Notes under the pieces: generated by a model | The model's database searches: none | What the model was told of the DNA's origin: nothing | What the model saw: the letters and a program-made list of their open reading frames with translations, nothing else | Shown: in pieces, positions 46,349 through 58,825 of the stretch | Position numbering within the stretch: the first letter of the stretch is position 1 | How the letters are laid out: each line of letters starts with the position of its first letter | Source of the DNA: Klebsormidium nitens | Lineage: Eukaryota; Plantae; Klebsormidiophyceae | Direction: 5' to 3' | DNA length: 64,000 bases | Assembly (NCBI GenBank): GCA_000708835.1 | Contig: DF236968.1 | Location: forward strand, 310,001 to 374,000 | Translations under genes and position numbers: made by a program

Positions 46349-49300
46349 ATGGCAAAGACGTGGCCGGCCAATCTCTTCTCGACTTGGGACGCCCTTCTTG
46401 TTCTGGCTGTTCTTGTTCATGTAGTACTTGCCCCATTCACCAAGGTTGAAGAAAGTTTCAATGTTCAGGTAAGATTTCATTGCTGTCTTGTTGATGACTT
46501 TCGCTTCTCTCATAAGAGGTGACTTCCCTTTTATTCGACTGTGATTTGAAGGGACACGTTCAGTAGCCAAACAACTTTTTGAGGGCACGCGACGAAATGT
46601 AATGCACCTGGAGCACGCTGGCAAAAGTGTAGGCAATGCTGCAGCACGACTCCATTTGCACGCATACTTTCTGAAGATATCCTACAACTTTTCAAAGGAC
46701 TCATTTCACCTTATAATGGAAGAGCTCATAGCTGAGACTTTTCAGGGCCCGAACTTCAGAATTCATTCGCAAGTCTTGAATAAAGCCCATACTCACTGCA
46801 GGCAACCCATGATCTTCTATACCACCGGGGGAACTTGACTGAGGTTAGTCCCTTACTTTCGAACTGGACGAATGGTTCGGCTTTGGGTTGTACTGATGCA
46901 GCCAGTTTAGCAAGTTCATGAAAGCCCTTCAACATGTAGATTGAGAAGGAAAGAGTAAACGAGCAAAGCATACTCATTCTTATGAAACTGGTCTGTCCAC
47001 AAGCATCAGAACTCATAAGTGCCGCAAGAGCTTTCATGATCACTGACAGTACCATCGCTCTCGCTTGATCTGCAGTATGACCATCAAGAGTTCCCTGGTG
47101 TCGTGCCCCGCACTTTCCTTGGGGCAATCAGCTTGGCCGCTACCTCCTTCCCACTTGTGGCGTGGCTACAAACGATCAATCTGCCCAAAGTTGGGGCACT
47201 CTATGTAGGTGCGCCTCATCTGATGCATGAACAGCAAGAAAAGTTTCTATGCTTTGGTGGGCTTGTATGTATCTCGCAAAAGTTGGTTCAAGTTGTTTCA
47301 AGTATTCAGGAGTCAATTTGCATCCTCTTCCCAAGGGTGCTGTACGCTGTCAAGCTAGTGAAGAGTTTTGTGTTGTTTGTTGCAGGCTGGACACTATAGT
47401 CTCTCTTTGTACCCATGGCAAGGTCGATGTCCACCAGAAGTAATTGGAATGTATCAGTTTGCAAACAACCTTGTCAACAAAGGAGAACGTTATAGTGTGG
47501 TCTCACTAGAGGCAAGACATGATGGGCCAAACGAGGAGCCTAAAATCGGTTTTCTGAATGGAGGGAATCGCTGCCGGGGTCTCGTACCAAAATTTTCGAA
47601 CCTTTGTCCTGCAGTACGAATCGTCCTTGGACTCGCCACCGCAAGCTCACTCATCGCTCTCAACCGCCAGGTACATGTCCAGGTCATGCTTCTTTCGTGA
47701 ACCGAGTTGTCCTCTGCAGCAACTTTTGAGCTCCTCCGCTGAGAGGACTTCAAGTTTGGCACCTTAGAATTGCGCAACGCGTTCGAGAATCTTGGGAGGG
47801 GCCACCGTAGTTCCCACAAACGTTTCAGAATACAGGAGAAGAAGCATATACTGTCCCCAAGTCCCACTCTTCATCTCAATCGTCATCCGTACAATTGTTG
47901 CTGCCATTGCTCTGCCAACCAGAGTTCCACACGATCCCGATCATGGAGCAGTCTACTGCTTCTACGCAGTGGGCCTCTCGAAGACCACCTTTTCGTGCAT
48001 GAAATGAAAGGCTCACCTTTGCCCTCTGCGTGTGCAGATCAGGTCAAGATTCGGTCCAAACGTTGGCAGGGCGTTCGCCCTCGTTTGCTGCTCGCAGTTC
48101 CACCTTCTCTTTTACGCCAGCAGACCGCTACCCAACATATTTGCGCTCGGGCTAGGTGAGAAAGAACGTCCGCAATACTTCTCCATATTGTTCCACCAAG
48201 AGCTTCGCTCCGGAGATTTTGGACTGAAAGGCTGATATTTTCGTGATGGCGACTTCTTGAAGAGCGAGTGCTTCCCACGGTCAGTGACCTGAAAACGAAG
48301 GCGGAGTAAGAACTTACAGTGAGACGGATCCAAGGAGACTGAAAAAGATCGACCAGGAAGAGGTTCTCCGCTTTCTGCCTTCAATCCCCTTCAAGTGCCT
48401 AGTGATCGATTGTAAGTCGGACAACGTTTTGAGCGAAGTGAACACGCATTTCTTTGCAGTGAGCTACGCATACGCAAGATGGTTGGAGGGGAGACCAGTG
48501 GCGATGCTTCGGTTCGTGGTAAGGCTGCTGGGTGTCTGACCTTAAAGCCTAGCCCGTTGATTGAGCTGATTGCGCATGGCTGATTGAACGACTGCCGTCC
48601 TTCTCTCGGGCCCCTTAAAACGCAGCTTTAACATGTTGTCTTCGACGGAGTGTTGACACTGTCTGGAAATGCATGGAATGACGTGTATCGTCGAAAACCA
48701 CAAAGTTTGCACCTAATGCATCGCAGACTGGCGCTGCCACGTATTGAACCTGTGTTTTAAGGGGCCCGGGTCTGCGAGGTAGTGAACGAAGATGCGGTTC
48801 GTTCCTCGTCTGCTTGCCCAGGAATGAAGAATCTCGACCTTAGTAAGATCGTCTATCAGACGTTTTTGGACTTTGTCAATACTAAGATTTCTTGGAACGC
48901 GGACGGTCTCTTTGAGAGACTCTGCTTTCGCCCGCCCGTGAACTGACCCCTCTTTCTTCAGGTCTTTGCTATGGGCGTGTTCCGGTGCGATCTGGTTATA
49001 CTACTTGGGCCGCTTGGGCTTCACCTACTCTTGGTAAGTCAAGATTTCTGTACATTTCCATAATTTCGTCTGCACGTTCTTGTGCAGATGTAGCCTCTTG
49101 AAAAAAGCCTGTCCGAACAGCTCTGTCGTGCTTGCACCGTGCTCGATCTGAAGAAGCAGTTCGTTCTGCTCGGGTGTTTTCAGAATCCCAGATTGCTTTC
49201 GGTATTTCGGGAATCTAGATCGTTGTTTATGACAACCAGGTGGATCTCCGTTCGTCCAGTCATGTATCCGTCCGCCTGAATGTTTCTGGAGATTCTGACG

Positions 49301-52300
49301 TTCGTCCGTTTTCACCCGTGGATCGCCCGCAGACCCGATCGATATCGTTCTGGGCCGCCTTCAGGTGCTGTTTCGTTGCTGCTGTTGCCAGCTTGGGTAA
49401 GCTTAAGACATATCCTTAGCACAATCACCTTGCGTGTGAAGTCAAAAGTATCTTCTTGATTGACGAGCTTCCTTCATGCGCACAGAGTCAAAGCACTTCC
49501 AGCGTATGGTTCATTGGTTACTCTCTTGTCGTCAGCTTGACACGGATCACAGCAACATAACCTTAGAACATGTCTTGAAAGCTCGCTTGTCGATTCGATT
49601 CGTTCCCTTTGACTCCACATCTCAGCTCTTTCAGGTGCACTCTGCTTGCAGTGCTCGAGTTTCCGACTTTTCTGCCGGTTGTATTTCGACCTTCCCGAAC
49701 TCGCTCGCTCCTCTCCCCTAATGTCTCGCCTCGGTCCATTGCCCCTTACTCTTCCACAAAACTTGAGAATGATATTGATAAGCCACGATAATAATAAGCT
49801 CTGACTAACATCACAAACTTAAACCCACAAACCTGCCTGCTCCGCACCCATACCCACCCTAACTTCCAAACTAACCCTACCCGTCCCAGTGCGGTCACCT
49901 TACTACACCTCGGTTTTTTCCAACATTTCTCTTGAGTGCCAGTAGTCTTCCCGCCTGTCTTCCACCAATCACGCTCTCTTTCCCCGAACAGCTGTCACGG
50001 TGGCAGTCGACTCCATCGTCTTTCCTCCCTCTTCCACCGACCAATCGCCCTTCTGTTTGACAGCTGTCAGAGTGGCTGTCGACTCCTCCTTTGATCAACC
50101 AATTCCGTCCCCTTATTTCTGACAGCTGTCACTGTGGCAGTCGACTCCTTCTTCTGGGGCCGGTGGTTGTGGCCTGAGGGCGAGGTCCTGTGGTTCAACA
50201 CTGTTCTAAACAAGAGCGCCGACTGGGGCGTCTCCCCGTGGCACTGGTACTTCACCTCGGCGCTGCCCCGGGCACTGCTCGGGGCATACCCCCTAGCACT
50301 GGTAAGTTACGCAACCAGGTTTTGGAAGAGTTCTCCAACGTTCTATATTTGCATCGTCAGACGTGATTGAATCGTCCTTTCCGTACTGAAAGGACGAGGT
50401 CGCTTAGGAATCAATCGGTCAGAAACTTTATTGAAGCAAAGGGAACCGTGGCAAGGACCTCTCTATTTTTTTTTGAGGACTTCTTTATACTTTTTCGGTG
50501 CGGCGAACGAACCTAACCCTGCGGTGATGAACTAAACCTGCAGCTGGGTTGCGGTTTCTGAAATTTTGTGCACAGCGGGCGCTAACTCTGTGTCATCCAA
50601 CAAGAGTGTGCAGCTCACCGGACCATTCCCACCTAGACGAAACGAGCGCTAACCTGTGGTGTGAAAACCTCGGTTGCAGCTCGGCGCGTTCCTTGACCGG
50701 CGCGCGGGGAGCCTGCTGTGGCCGATCCTCTTGTTCGTGTCACTCTACTCGTATCTTCCACATAAGGTAAGACTTGCTTAAACCAGATTTCGTAACTTGA
50801 AAATCAGGCACCAGGTATCTAGTAAGCCGCGTCGCTCCTCCCTGGACTGGGACACGGAGATGTCAGTACTCTGGATTTTACGATCAGCCGAGCTTTTATT
50901 GCGGAGCCTTTCTCGAGTTGATCAGGACCCCGGCACCTTGTTAAGGCAATTCTGGAACATCCGTAATCGCGTGAATTTGGGTCCGACCAAATGGACTTGT
51001 TTGTTCAGGTCTACGTGGAGAAAATTCGTCAGGCTGATTTAGTCAGCTCCGACTTGTCGTTGGATGGAAACGGAGCTTGTATGATCAATCCAGATCAACT
51101 CTGCTTGCTTCCAAGCAATCCACATAAAATGGCTGCGAACTCTCAGAGCGTGAAGTAACCGGTTTTGAGAGACGTGCTCGAAATGTTTGACCGGGCTTCG
51201 TTATTTCCACCAGGAGTTGCGGTTCATCTTCCCAGCTTTCCCGATCTTCAACACATCCGCCGCAGTCGCCATCGAACGGATGTGAGAGCGCCCTCCTATT
51301 CAGCTCCATAATGAGATTCTTTTCTAAGGGAGTTTTCCTTCCCTTAAGGGAGTCTCCTTTCTTTCTTTCTCGGAAGGGATCGAGCAAGCGATAGGATCAG
51401 TCTCTTAGGCCTCCTGTATCTCGCGTTTCTGGGTGGAGACGCTCCTGAGCTCCATTATCCTTCGTTGTTCCTTTGAAGGTCTCCTTTTTGCTTCATTGGT
51501 TCTTATCATAGTCGTCTTTATTGTGAGTTCACCTTTTTTGCAGACGCATCAATTGGCATAAGTCCTGGTTATGGAAGCTCCTGGGCTTAAGCTGCGCTGG
51601 GTTGCTTCTCGGCAGCCTGGCTGCTACTTGCGTTTTTACGGCAGCTTCGGCCGCTAACTACCCTGGGGGGGAGGCCCTGAGACTGCTGCACAAATTAGGT
51701 AAGCACCCTTAAGTAAAAATGAATTTAATGGGAACGCATTCGCAGGTTGGGATCCTTTGAGCATTGTGAGAACGAAGTCGAGCATCGAAGCTTCGGTCCC
51801 GGTACCTGAGGACCTAACCGAGTGGCGAACACAATACAGAGACCCCATTTTTAAAAATATCGCCCACATCTTGATGTGTAGACCAAGTCTTGCTTAGTTC
51901 AATCTGGGCTGTAGGTCAAGGAAAGCGCTGAAGCACAGAAGAAATCGGGACTTGAACCGATTGCACTGCATGATTAAAAAAGCGACGAATGAACATTTCC
52001 GGAAAACTAAACCCGCGTCTTTGCATTTTCGGACAGAGAGTGCAGTCACGTACAGCTGCTACTTTCTCAAGCCGGCCGCAAACGTCCGGAGTATTGTGAC
52101 CTCAGGGAAAAGCAAGAGAAAGAAGCAAGATAAATCCCTCGGAAGACTGATTGTCGTACTTGCATTACTGTACAGAGAGCTCGAAGCCGCATTTGGACGC
52201 TCCTCCGTACGTCCACGTGGACGTTTTGCCCGCCATGACCGGCGTCTCACGTTTTCTTGAGGAACCGGGCTGGAGGTACGGACCGGTTCAGAAGTGTACT

Positions 52301-53553
52301 GGGAACATTCCAATCCTTTTGATCGAAGACCCTGAACTCTCAACGCCTGGTTTTTTGAAACATGATACTTCGTAACCTTGAGACCCCAATTGATCTTAGA
52401 CGGTCGATTATCAGCGTGCGCATCCTTTCCGTGCTCTTGTACCAGATTGGTTATTGCTGTTGTGCGCCAAGTCGCGCGAACGTTCTTTAGCTTCTGGCTG
52501 TCAGGTACTCGAAAGAGGAGGGCTTGGATCCGGAGGACTACGCCTCACGGAACTTCACGCACTTGCTCAGGTGAGTCCTTTTTCTTGTGAGAAGCGCTCA
52601 CGGCCACCATTCGAAACTGACGCTTCTCCTTTTTGGTGAAAAAGCGGGTGATTTTAGAATCTGAAGCGTATGCGCATCCTCACGATGAAACGCCGAGTCC
52701 AGCGCCAAAAGCATCCTTTCCTGCAGCCGCTTTCCCTCCCCATGTATCGGAAGAGGTATTTTCTTCAACGAATTGTGCTCACTTAAAAGCCGTCGCTCAA
52801 GACGGTCACAAGAAGTACAAGCGACAGTGAGGACGTGCAAAACGGCCCAGGCTAAGAGAGCCCACGAAGGCTGTGTTTCTATTTTTCTTATCTCTTCGCC
52901 GATTGCCGGTGCCAGTCCTCGGTAGCAGGCGATCAGGGACCTGGAAGTCCGTTCCTCGATCCCGCGATTTAGTGTCGAACCACCCATGAACTTGCCTTTT
53001 CGATGAATCTTTGTCATCCAGCCGTTCCCGCTCATCTCCGAATCTTGACCGTCCGGTATCTGCAGTGGACGGTCCGATGTGCCCCACTTCAAGCTTCTGG
53101 CCGCGGTAGAAGGCTTCCACAGGGTGCGGTTGCGGCGTGCGCTTTGGCCCGTTTATCTGGTGAGTTGCACTCGTCTCAACTAGCCCCGCCGGCTTTCTTG
53201 CAAGCATCTGCGCTCAACACGGAAATCCTGCCCCTCCACCCTCCCCTCTGCCTGAACGAACGGAGGAACTTCCTGTCTCGTTCATGCTTGTGAAAATGCT
53301 TGTGAGCGTGAAGGGTAAAAAGTGTCTTGTCAAGATTTAGCTGACTTTCTTGAGACAGCGGAAGGAGCAGTGGGGCTTGACAAGCATTGCGGATGCATGC
53401 TCGGATGTTTGGGCTCGCATAACCCGGTAGTCACCAAGACTGGGAGTCATTGAAGACAGGTTCAAAGGTCTAGAAACTCATCACGGCTATCTCTTCGTAC
53501 AGGAGAAGATACCGTCCACGTTCATACACGTCAGATCCGATGCCGGCCCCTAG
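46349..53553 (+). CDS. ALG12: Dol-P-Man:Man7GlcNAc2-PP-Dol alpha-1,6-mannosyltransferase (GT22)
   Basis: 16 phase-consistent exons: 46349-46468 ([10 protein letters not shown]), 46802-46843, 47076-47208 ([14 protein letters not shown]), 47615-47670, 48038-48155 ([10 protein letters not shown]), 48460-48518, 48962-49033 (FRCD), 49333-49396, 50126-50301 ([23 protein letters not shown]), 50680-50766 (LPHK), 51214-51281 (ELRFIFP), 51544-51698 (NYPGG), 52176-52275, 52505-52570, 53066-53159, 53503-53553. Confidence 0.95.
49815..49885. repeat. Dispersed ~70-nt intronic element, copy 2 (see 7347-7417)
   Basis: The reverse complement matches 7347-7417 over ~70 nt. Confidence 0.8.
49960..50160 (+). 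repeat. Three tandem copies of the ALG12 exon-9 acceptor and exon start
   Basis: GAACAG|CTGTCACGGTGGCAGTCGACTCC (49992), TGACAG|CTGTCAGAGTGGCTGTCGACTCC (50064), TGACAG|CTGTCACTGTGGCAGTCGACTCC (50126, the real one). Confidence 0.9.
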
Positions 53554-54806
53554 TGACTAGGACCTGAGACTCGAAGTGCTTAATCTCTGCCCGCTAACCA
53601 AACGATTCTTATTGGTGCTCCAACATGTTATGGAAGGATCTCCACCGCTGCCATAAAGAGCCGGTGCGCTTAGGCGGCACACAGTGCCATACTTTTACCG
53701 ATTGCTGTACGGCGATGTGTAGAGTGCCTCCAAGGTACAATAGACCCAGAATGAATCCAATCCATAGTCAGTCACCGCGGTACAGAGCATGGGTAACCAA
53801 TCTTTTTCGTCAAAAAGCATGTCTGGCAGGCTCACTGAGTTAAGTGGACAGCCGTCGCTAATGCACCGCCCCCGCTCTGCGTGTACGTGCAAAACCTCGA
53901 CTTCCGGCGCCACGCATCGTTTGTGACACGCGAGTTTCTCGTGAGCTGTAAGCCCCGCAATGTTTGATCTGATGTTGTTGAATTGCAACGAGTACATTTT
54001 GTAGACACGGTTTGATGATAATGATTCACCATGTAAACAATATAAGCGTACGTAATTGCAACATGATAGCTTGCATGGAATTGATTGACTATGAGCACCG
54101 TCACTGTCACTGCCCCACCTAGGGGGATCGGGAACGTATGCAACTACAGAGACTCCCGGGGCAGCGCTTACGTGATATGATCACGAGCGTTCCTGGCGGG
54201 CTGCGTCGTCGCGTTATTCCTGTGAATTGAGGAAGAGTAACTACAGCTGCTAAATTAGCTAGCGCAGATCCAGCGGTATGCGGCCGGACATCAATCTATC
54301 AGTGTACATAAATGCGTACGCACAATCCATATTGAAACGTTCTTTCCGTTTGCATGACGCTCTTTCACATAAGCGCATATACTGACTCGCTCGCGGTAAT
54401 GAAGCTGTGTGCTAAGATCGCAGGACGGCTTGTGCTGAAAGAGACACGTCTATTGAATCCCCTTCAAGCAGATTCCCACGTTACAGAATGTATGCTCATA
54501 TAAGTGACTTTCAAGTATTTGGATCTATACAGACTGGCGAGTAAGGTGCACCGAGGCACTTGACACTTCGACACCAGGCTAAGCCGCTAGCTGGCAAATT
54601 AGCCAAGCGCTCTCGCAACGCCCAACAATGGTACTGAAGATGGGCCACAGCGTTGCAGGGCAAAAGGGTCTTGCGTTGACTCCACAAACAGTCAATGGCA
54701 GTTACAGTTGACGGCCTTCTCTGTAGAGTCCTTTCATCAAGTCTTTCTACATAGTCCATCCCCAAAGTCTCAACGCTTCTACATGCCGACTCTTCTTCCG
54801 TATACC

Positions 54807-57800
54807 CTAGAAAAATGGAGGGAAAATGACCCACCGCCTCGGATACTTGACTGTTCCGTCCTTGCCGTCGAAAGTCTGCAAACGTAAATGGCATCCGTTC
54901 ACCACTTTGACTACGGACCGACTTGCAGCGTTGTTACAACATCATTTGTCGAAGCGGGCACAAGGTCTTCACGACCAACTGTTGTCGAGAGTCTGGCCCA
55001 GATTGGCCAACGACTCATACGGATTTGTCTCAGTATTAAAGCACTTCTGATCGCGCATTCCTGGCCATCCCCGTTTCGACGTGGTCTTGAAACCCCTATG
55101 CATATCTACCAGTCTGGGCTCCCTGCAGAGCCTCAGCCAAACTGACAGTATGATAAGGGACCGGAGCCCAGACTTCGTGATGGGATGATCGAACCGAAGA
55201 CAAAATGGCAAGGGTGTGTCCTTGTAAAGTACAGCGGCATCAACACTTAAAAGTGCTGGGATCGAAACAGAAGCTCACCCGTCGCAGCCGCTTGTGCTTG
55301 CCAACCGCCCATATGGTCATTTGCGTTGCTCCGCCCACAATGAACACCCAGCCCATAAGCGTCTGCGTCGCAATGTTGAACCCAATCCAAGCCCAAATCT
55401 CCGTCGTGTAGTTTGCGCAAGTCACGTAGTTGAAAAGGAAACCCTGCAACAGGAATCAAAGCTCAGCGAATTTTCAAAAGTAGAATGGTTGCAGTGGGGC
55501 TTGTCTCAGACAGCAAAGACGAATCCAACTCTGTTGACTTCAGGAAGGGAGCAAAACGGTTTCCCGAAGCCAATCACGCTTGAACCTGCAATTGTCAGTC
55601 ATACTTGAAGGAGAAGAGGAACAACACTAGACTGGATAATCAGCGTCTCAATCCCAACATTCATCAATACCATCTTTGAAATGTCAACGCTTGCTGACAA
55701 GCGTGCAGACCTGGTGATCTCTCACACATTGGGGAGCGGCGTCGTTGAGTCTGAGACCGACCCTTTAAAACAACATGCGGCGTGCATCAGACAGAAATTG
55801 TCAGTACATCACACCAGGCCGACAATCTGACCCAGATTTTAGGTAGCTATCTCAGACTGTGTGGTTAATGCCAACTCGTCTTTGCAATCAGTGCTCAACC
55901 TTGTAGTAGCACAAACCCACCTTCGGAATGAAGTAGCCCTTGCTCCCCGGTGGCCGGATGTTTCTCAATATGAGGTGCGTGTAAAAGTTGGACAGCTGCG
56001 CAACCGCAAAGATCCCAAACCCAACGAGCATCTGCGTCTCACTAACCGGGGTGTACAACGGGTTGTTAAGGAAGTAACTGATAACCAGCGCGAAACCCCA
56101 GTAGTATGTACAGTTCTTGAGCAGGAAGTAGTATCCGACCGTATCGTGACTGTACCGGTGCACGAAAAGCGTTTCCAAGATGCGCTTTGCGTAGTGGAAC
56201 TCCCAGGCTAGCAGCGCGTAGAACTGGTAATCATGGCGGTTAGCGCTAATCTGGCTGTTAACGGCCCAGGGGTAGAGCGCTTGGGGGAAGAGGTAGAACA
56301 GCGGGTAGAGTAGGAGCGGGCCTAGGTATTCCATGACAAAGAGAGTGGTCCATGTGATCTGGGGGCCTAGGTCTTTGAACACGACAACGGGCTTGGAGGT
56401 TTTGGAGAAGTAGTCGGAGAGCTTTTTGGAGGACTCTAGGACGGTGGCCTTCTTCTGGTCGGGCCCGAGGGGTAGCGTGAGGCGCTGGCGGGACGGGTAG
56501 AACTTCTTGACTGCAGGAGGTTCAGCCGTAGGTTAGCGGCATAACGAGATTTTTGAGTTTGGCTAGTTGCCGTGATGTAGGGGCGCCCTGAGAGGGGTCG
56601 ATTGCCTTGACTGGGGAAAAGGGGCGTCACGATTTGAAGTGGGCGAGTCAGATTGGGGGCATCGAGACTGACAGTGTTATTCGTGGCCTGCGAAGGCTGA
56701 GGCACTAACATGGGAACAGGCACTCTTGTAAGAGAACCAAGGGAACAGGGATGAAAAGAGATACTCTTTCTTTCCAGAATGGAGATGGTCAGGTGGTGGC
56801 GAGAAGTGAAACAGTACATGAGCTCATTGCTGACAGTAGAAAAGCGGGGCTAGAAGCTTAAGCAAAGTAGCCATCTCAATGGCTACATCAAGATGGATGC
56901 AGATTTCAGAAGGGGACCTTTCTGCAAGATCTTACACAAGAAGAGCATAACGCACCTTTAATCGTTGCTCATTGGAATAGAAGAAAGAGGAAGTCCCCGA
57001 CGTTATCTCAACTCAGATGCATAAATTTAAAGAAGAAGCAACCGAAGCGTGGAACCAACAAACTGGTCTCCCGAGAAGAGTTAAGGAGGAAAAACACAAC
57101 GGAGCGCCAGTTCAATTAAGGAGCTACAACGCATAAACGTTTTCGGTGACGAGCATTGTCAACAGCGCTCCCCAGACGAGGATTGAGTATCTGAGCAGAT
57201 CTTTCAAGAGTAACGCAGCAAAATGGTGCACACCTCGTGCAGTCTCTATATACCACCATCGAGCGTCTGCTTTGATCTGTCCGAAGTGCATTTCAGTTCT
57301 GGAACATGGCACCAGGGGCATCAACAAAAAGAGATAAGCTACGGCCATTATCAACGGGGATTGCCACTGTCTACGAAGGTCATCAAGCGGCCCTGTCAAG
57401 GGCAGCGGTGAGCGGAGCGGTGGTTGTCATGAAATACATCGGTAGTGGTCCAAGTATGGATCACAGTTTTCGTCACTTACTTTTTGCATGAAAGGCCGCC
57501 TGCAGGTCCGCCACTGTCGCCTGCAAAAGTTACGCAAAAAGTCCTTCAAGCATCTGAGAGCGCTCCTTTCTGAGAAGCATGAAGATTTTGCCTGCCGTCC
57601 TGTTCAAGTGGTGACGCGCCTTCAGAACATCCTTTCCTTGACTGTTCGTGCGCAGATAGTCTGCTGAAAAGCACCTTCAAGAGTTGTTTTCCATTGACGG
57701 ATCACGTTAAGATACTCGGCTAAGAGCTTTCCCAAGGTGCCGGCGCCACGCGCAGAAAAGACTGTGAATAAAAGAAGTCATTTTGATTCTCCAACGCTTG

Positions 57801-58236
57801 ATCAGTATAAGCGCTAATGAAATGCAAGCAAAAGAGACAGCTCATTTCAATGCAGAATATCGAGGGTGTCTTTCTGACATCTAACTCAACATCAAGGTTA
57901 TCATTCTTCCGAAGGCGTTACAAGCTTAATTGGCGCTTGCAAGAACCACTTAGCATCACAACAATCCAATGAGGCAGATCTGCATTCCTCTCCTGGCTTC
58001 TGAAGTTGGGGAGCAACGAACAAGCAAGATTTCAATTACATTGAGAACAACTTTCGAGATGGGTGCCGTATTCCTGCTGCATACCAGCGTTTATGCGGAT
58101 GCTAGCCGGCAGATTTGCGCTCCATCAGACAGTGTTCATAGTAATGCAAATGCATTGAAGTGCTTACATCATCCGGCAGCTCGAGCCCCCCCTTGACGAC
58201 TTCCCGCCCGCTGCGGGACTCGATGCGGATCTGCAT
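54807..58236 (-). CDS. ECR: Very-long-chain (trans-2,3) enoyl-CoA reductase, CER10/TECR orthologue
   Basis: Exons 58236-58168 ([20 protein letters not shown]), 57520-57481 (ATVADLQ), 56510-55921 (YPSRQRL; VFKDLGPQI; EYLGPL; [14 protein letters not shown]), 55443-55279 ([10 protein letters not shown]), 54875-54807 ([13 protein letters not shown]). A probable 5'UTR intron lies at 58431-58243. Confidence 0.96.
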
Positions 58237-58547
58237 GCTCGCCTGCAATTTGTCAAATGGCACTGCCTGATCAAAGCACCACCAACTGTCTTCCGCAAGG
58301 ACGTGTGCTGTCGCTGCTATCCTCTCTTTTTACGCAGGCGCTCGAGCATTTGTGCGGAGCTGTAACTAGAGCAGAGAACGCTGGGCACAGGGTCAGCTGA
58401 GTTCTCATACGTAGACACGTGTCACCCTTACAGAACGGGCCAACTAGACAAGTATCCAATCACGGATTGCCAAATCAGCACGCCCAAGGAATCCCTCTGG
58501 ATTCCGAAGTTCCATGGAACCCCCACTCATTTCAATGTTGCTGCAGA

Positions 58548-58583
58548 GACTCAGGCTCAGAGTCAGAGTCAGAGTCAGAGTCA
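58548..58583. repeat. Hexanucleotide microsatellite (GAGTCA)4 plus two degenerate units, between the divergent ECR and GFA genes
   Basis: GACTCA GGCTCA GAGTCA GAGTCA GAGTCA GAGTCA. Confidence 0.8.
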
Positions 58584-58825
58584 GAAAGCATGGGAATCTC
58601 TGCAACAGCTGAGCAAGGAAGCGTACAAAGGATTCATGAGTCTTGGTGTCTCCTCTGGACGCAATTGGCAGCTCGCATTTGGGAGGCTGGCAGATGCCAC
58701 GTTTGCAGGCCGGCAAACATATCAAACTTTTTTGGCCAAGGTCTAAGCCCTTCTGAAAGTATTAGGGCGGCTGGCTCCATTGAGCTGAAACATTGCGTAG
58801 TGGCCACCTGAACTCGTCAATTGTT

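Noticed and set aside
53395-53470. tRNA-Met-like words (CATAACCC...GGTTCAAA)
   Set aside because: There is no acceptor or D stem and the spacing is wrong for a cloverleaf.
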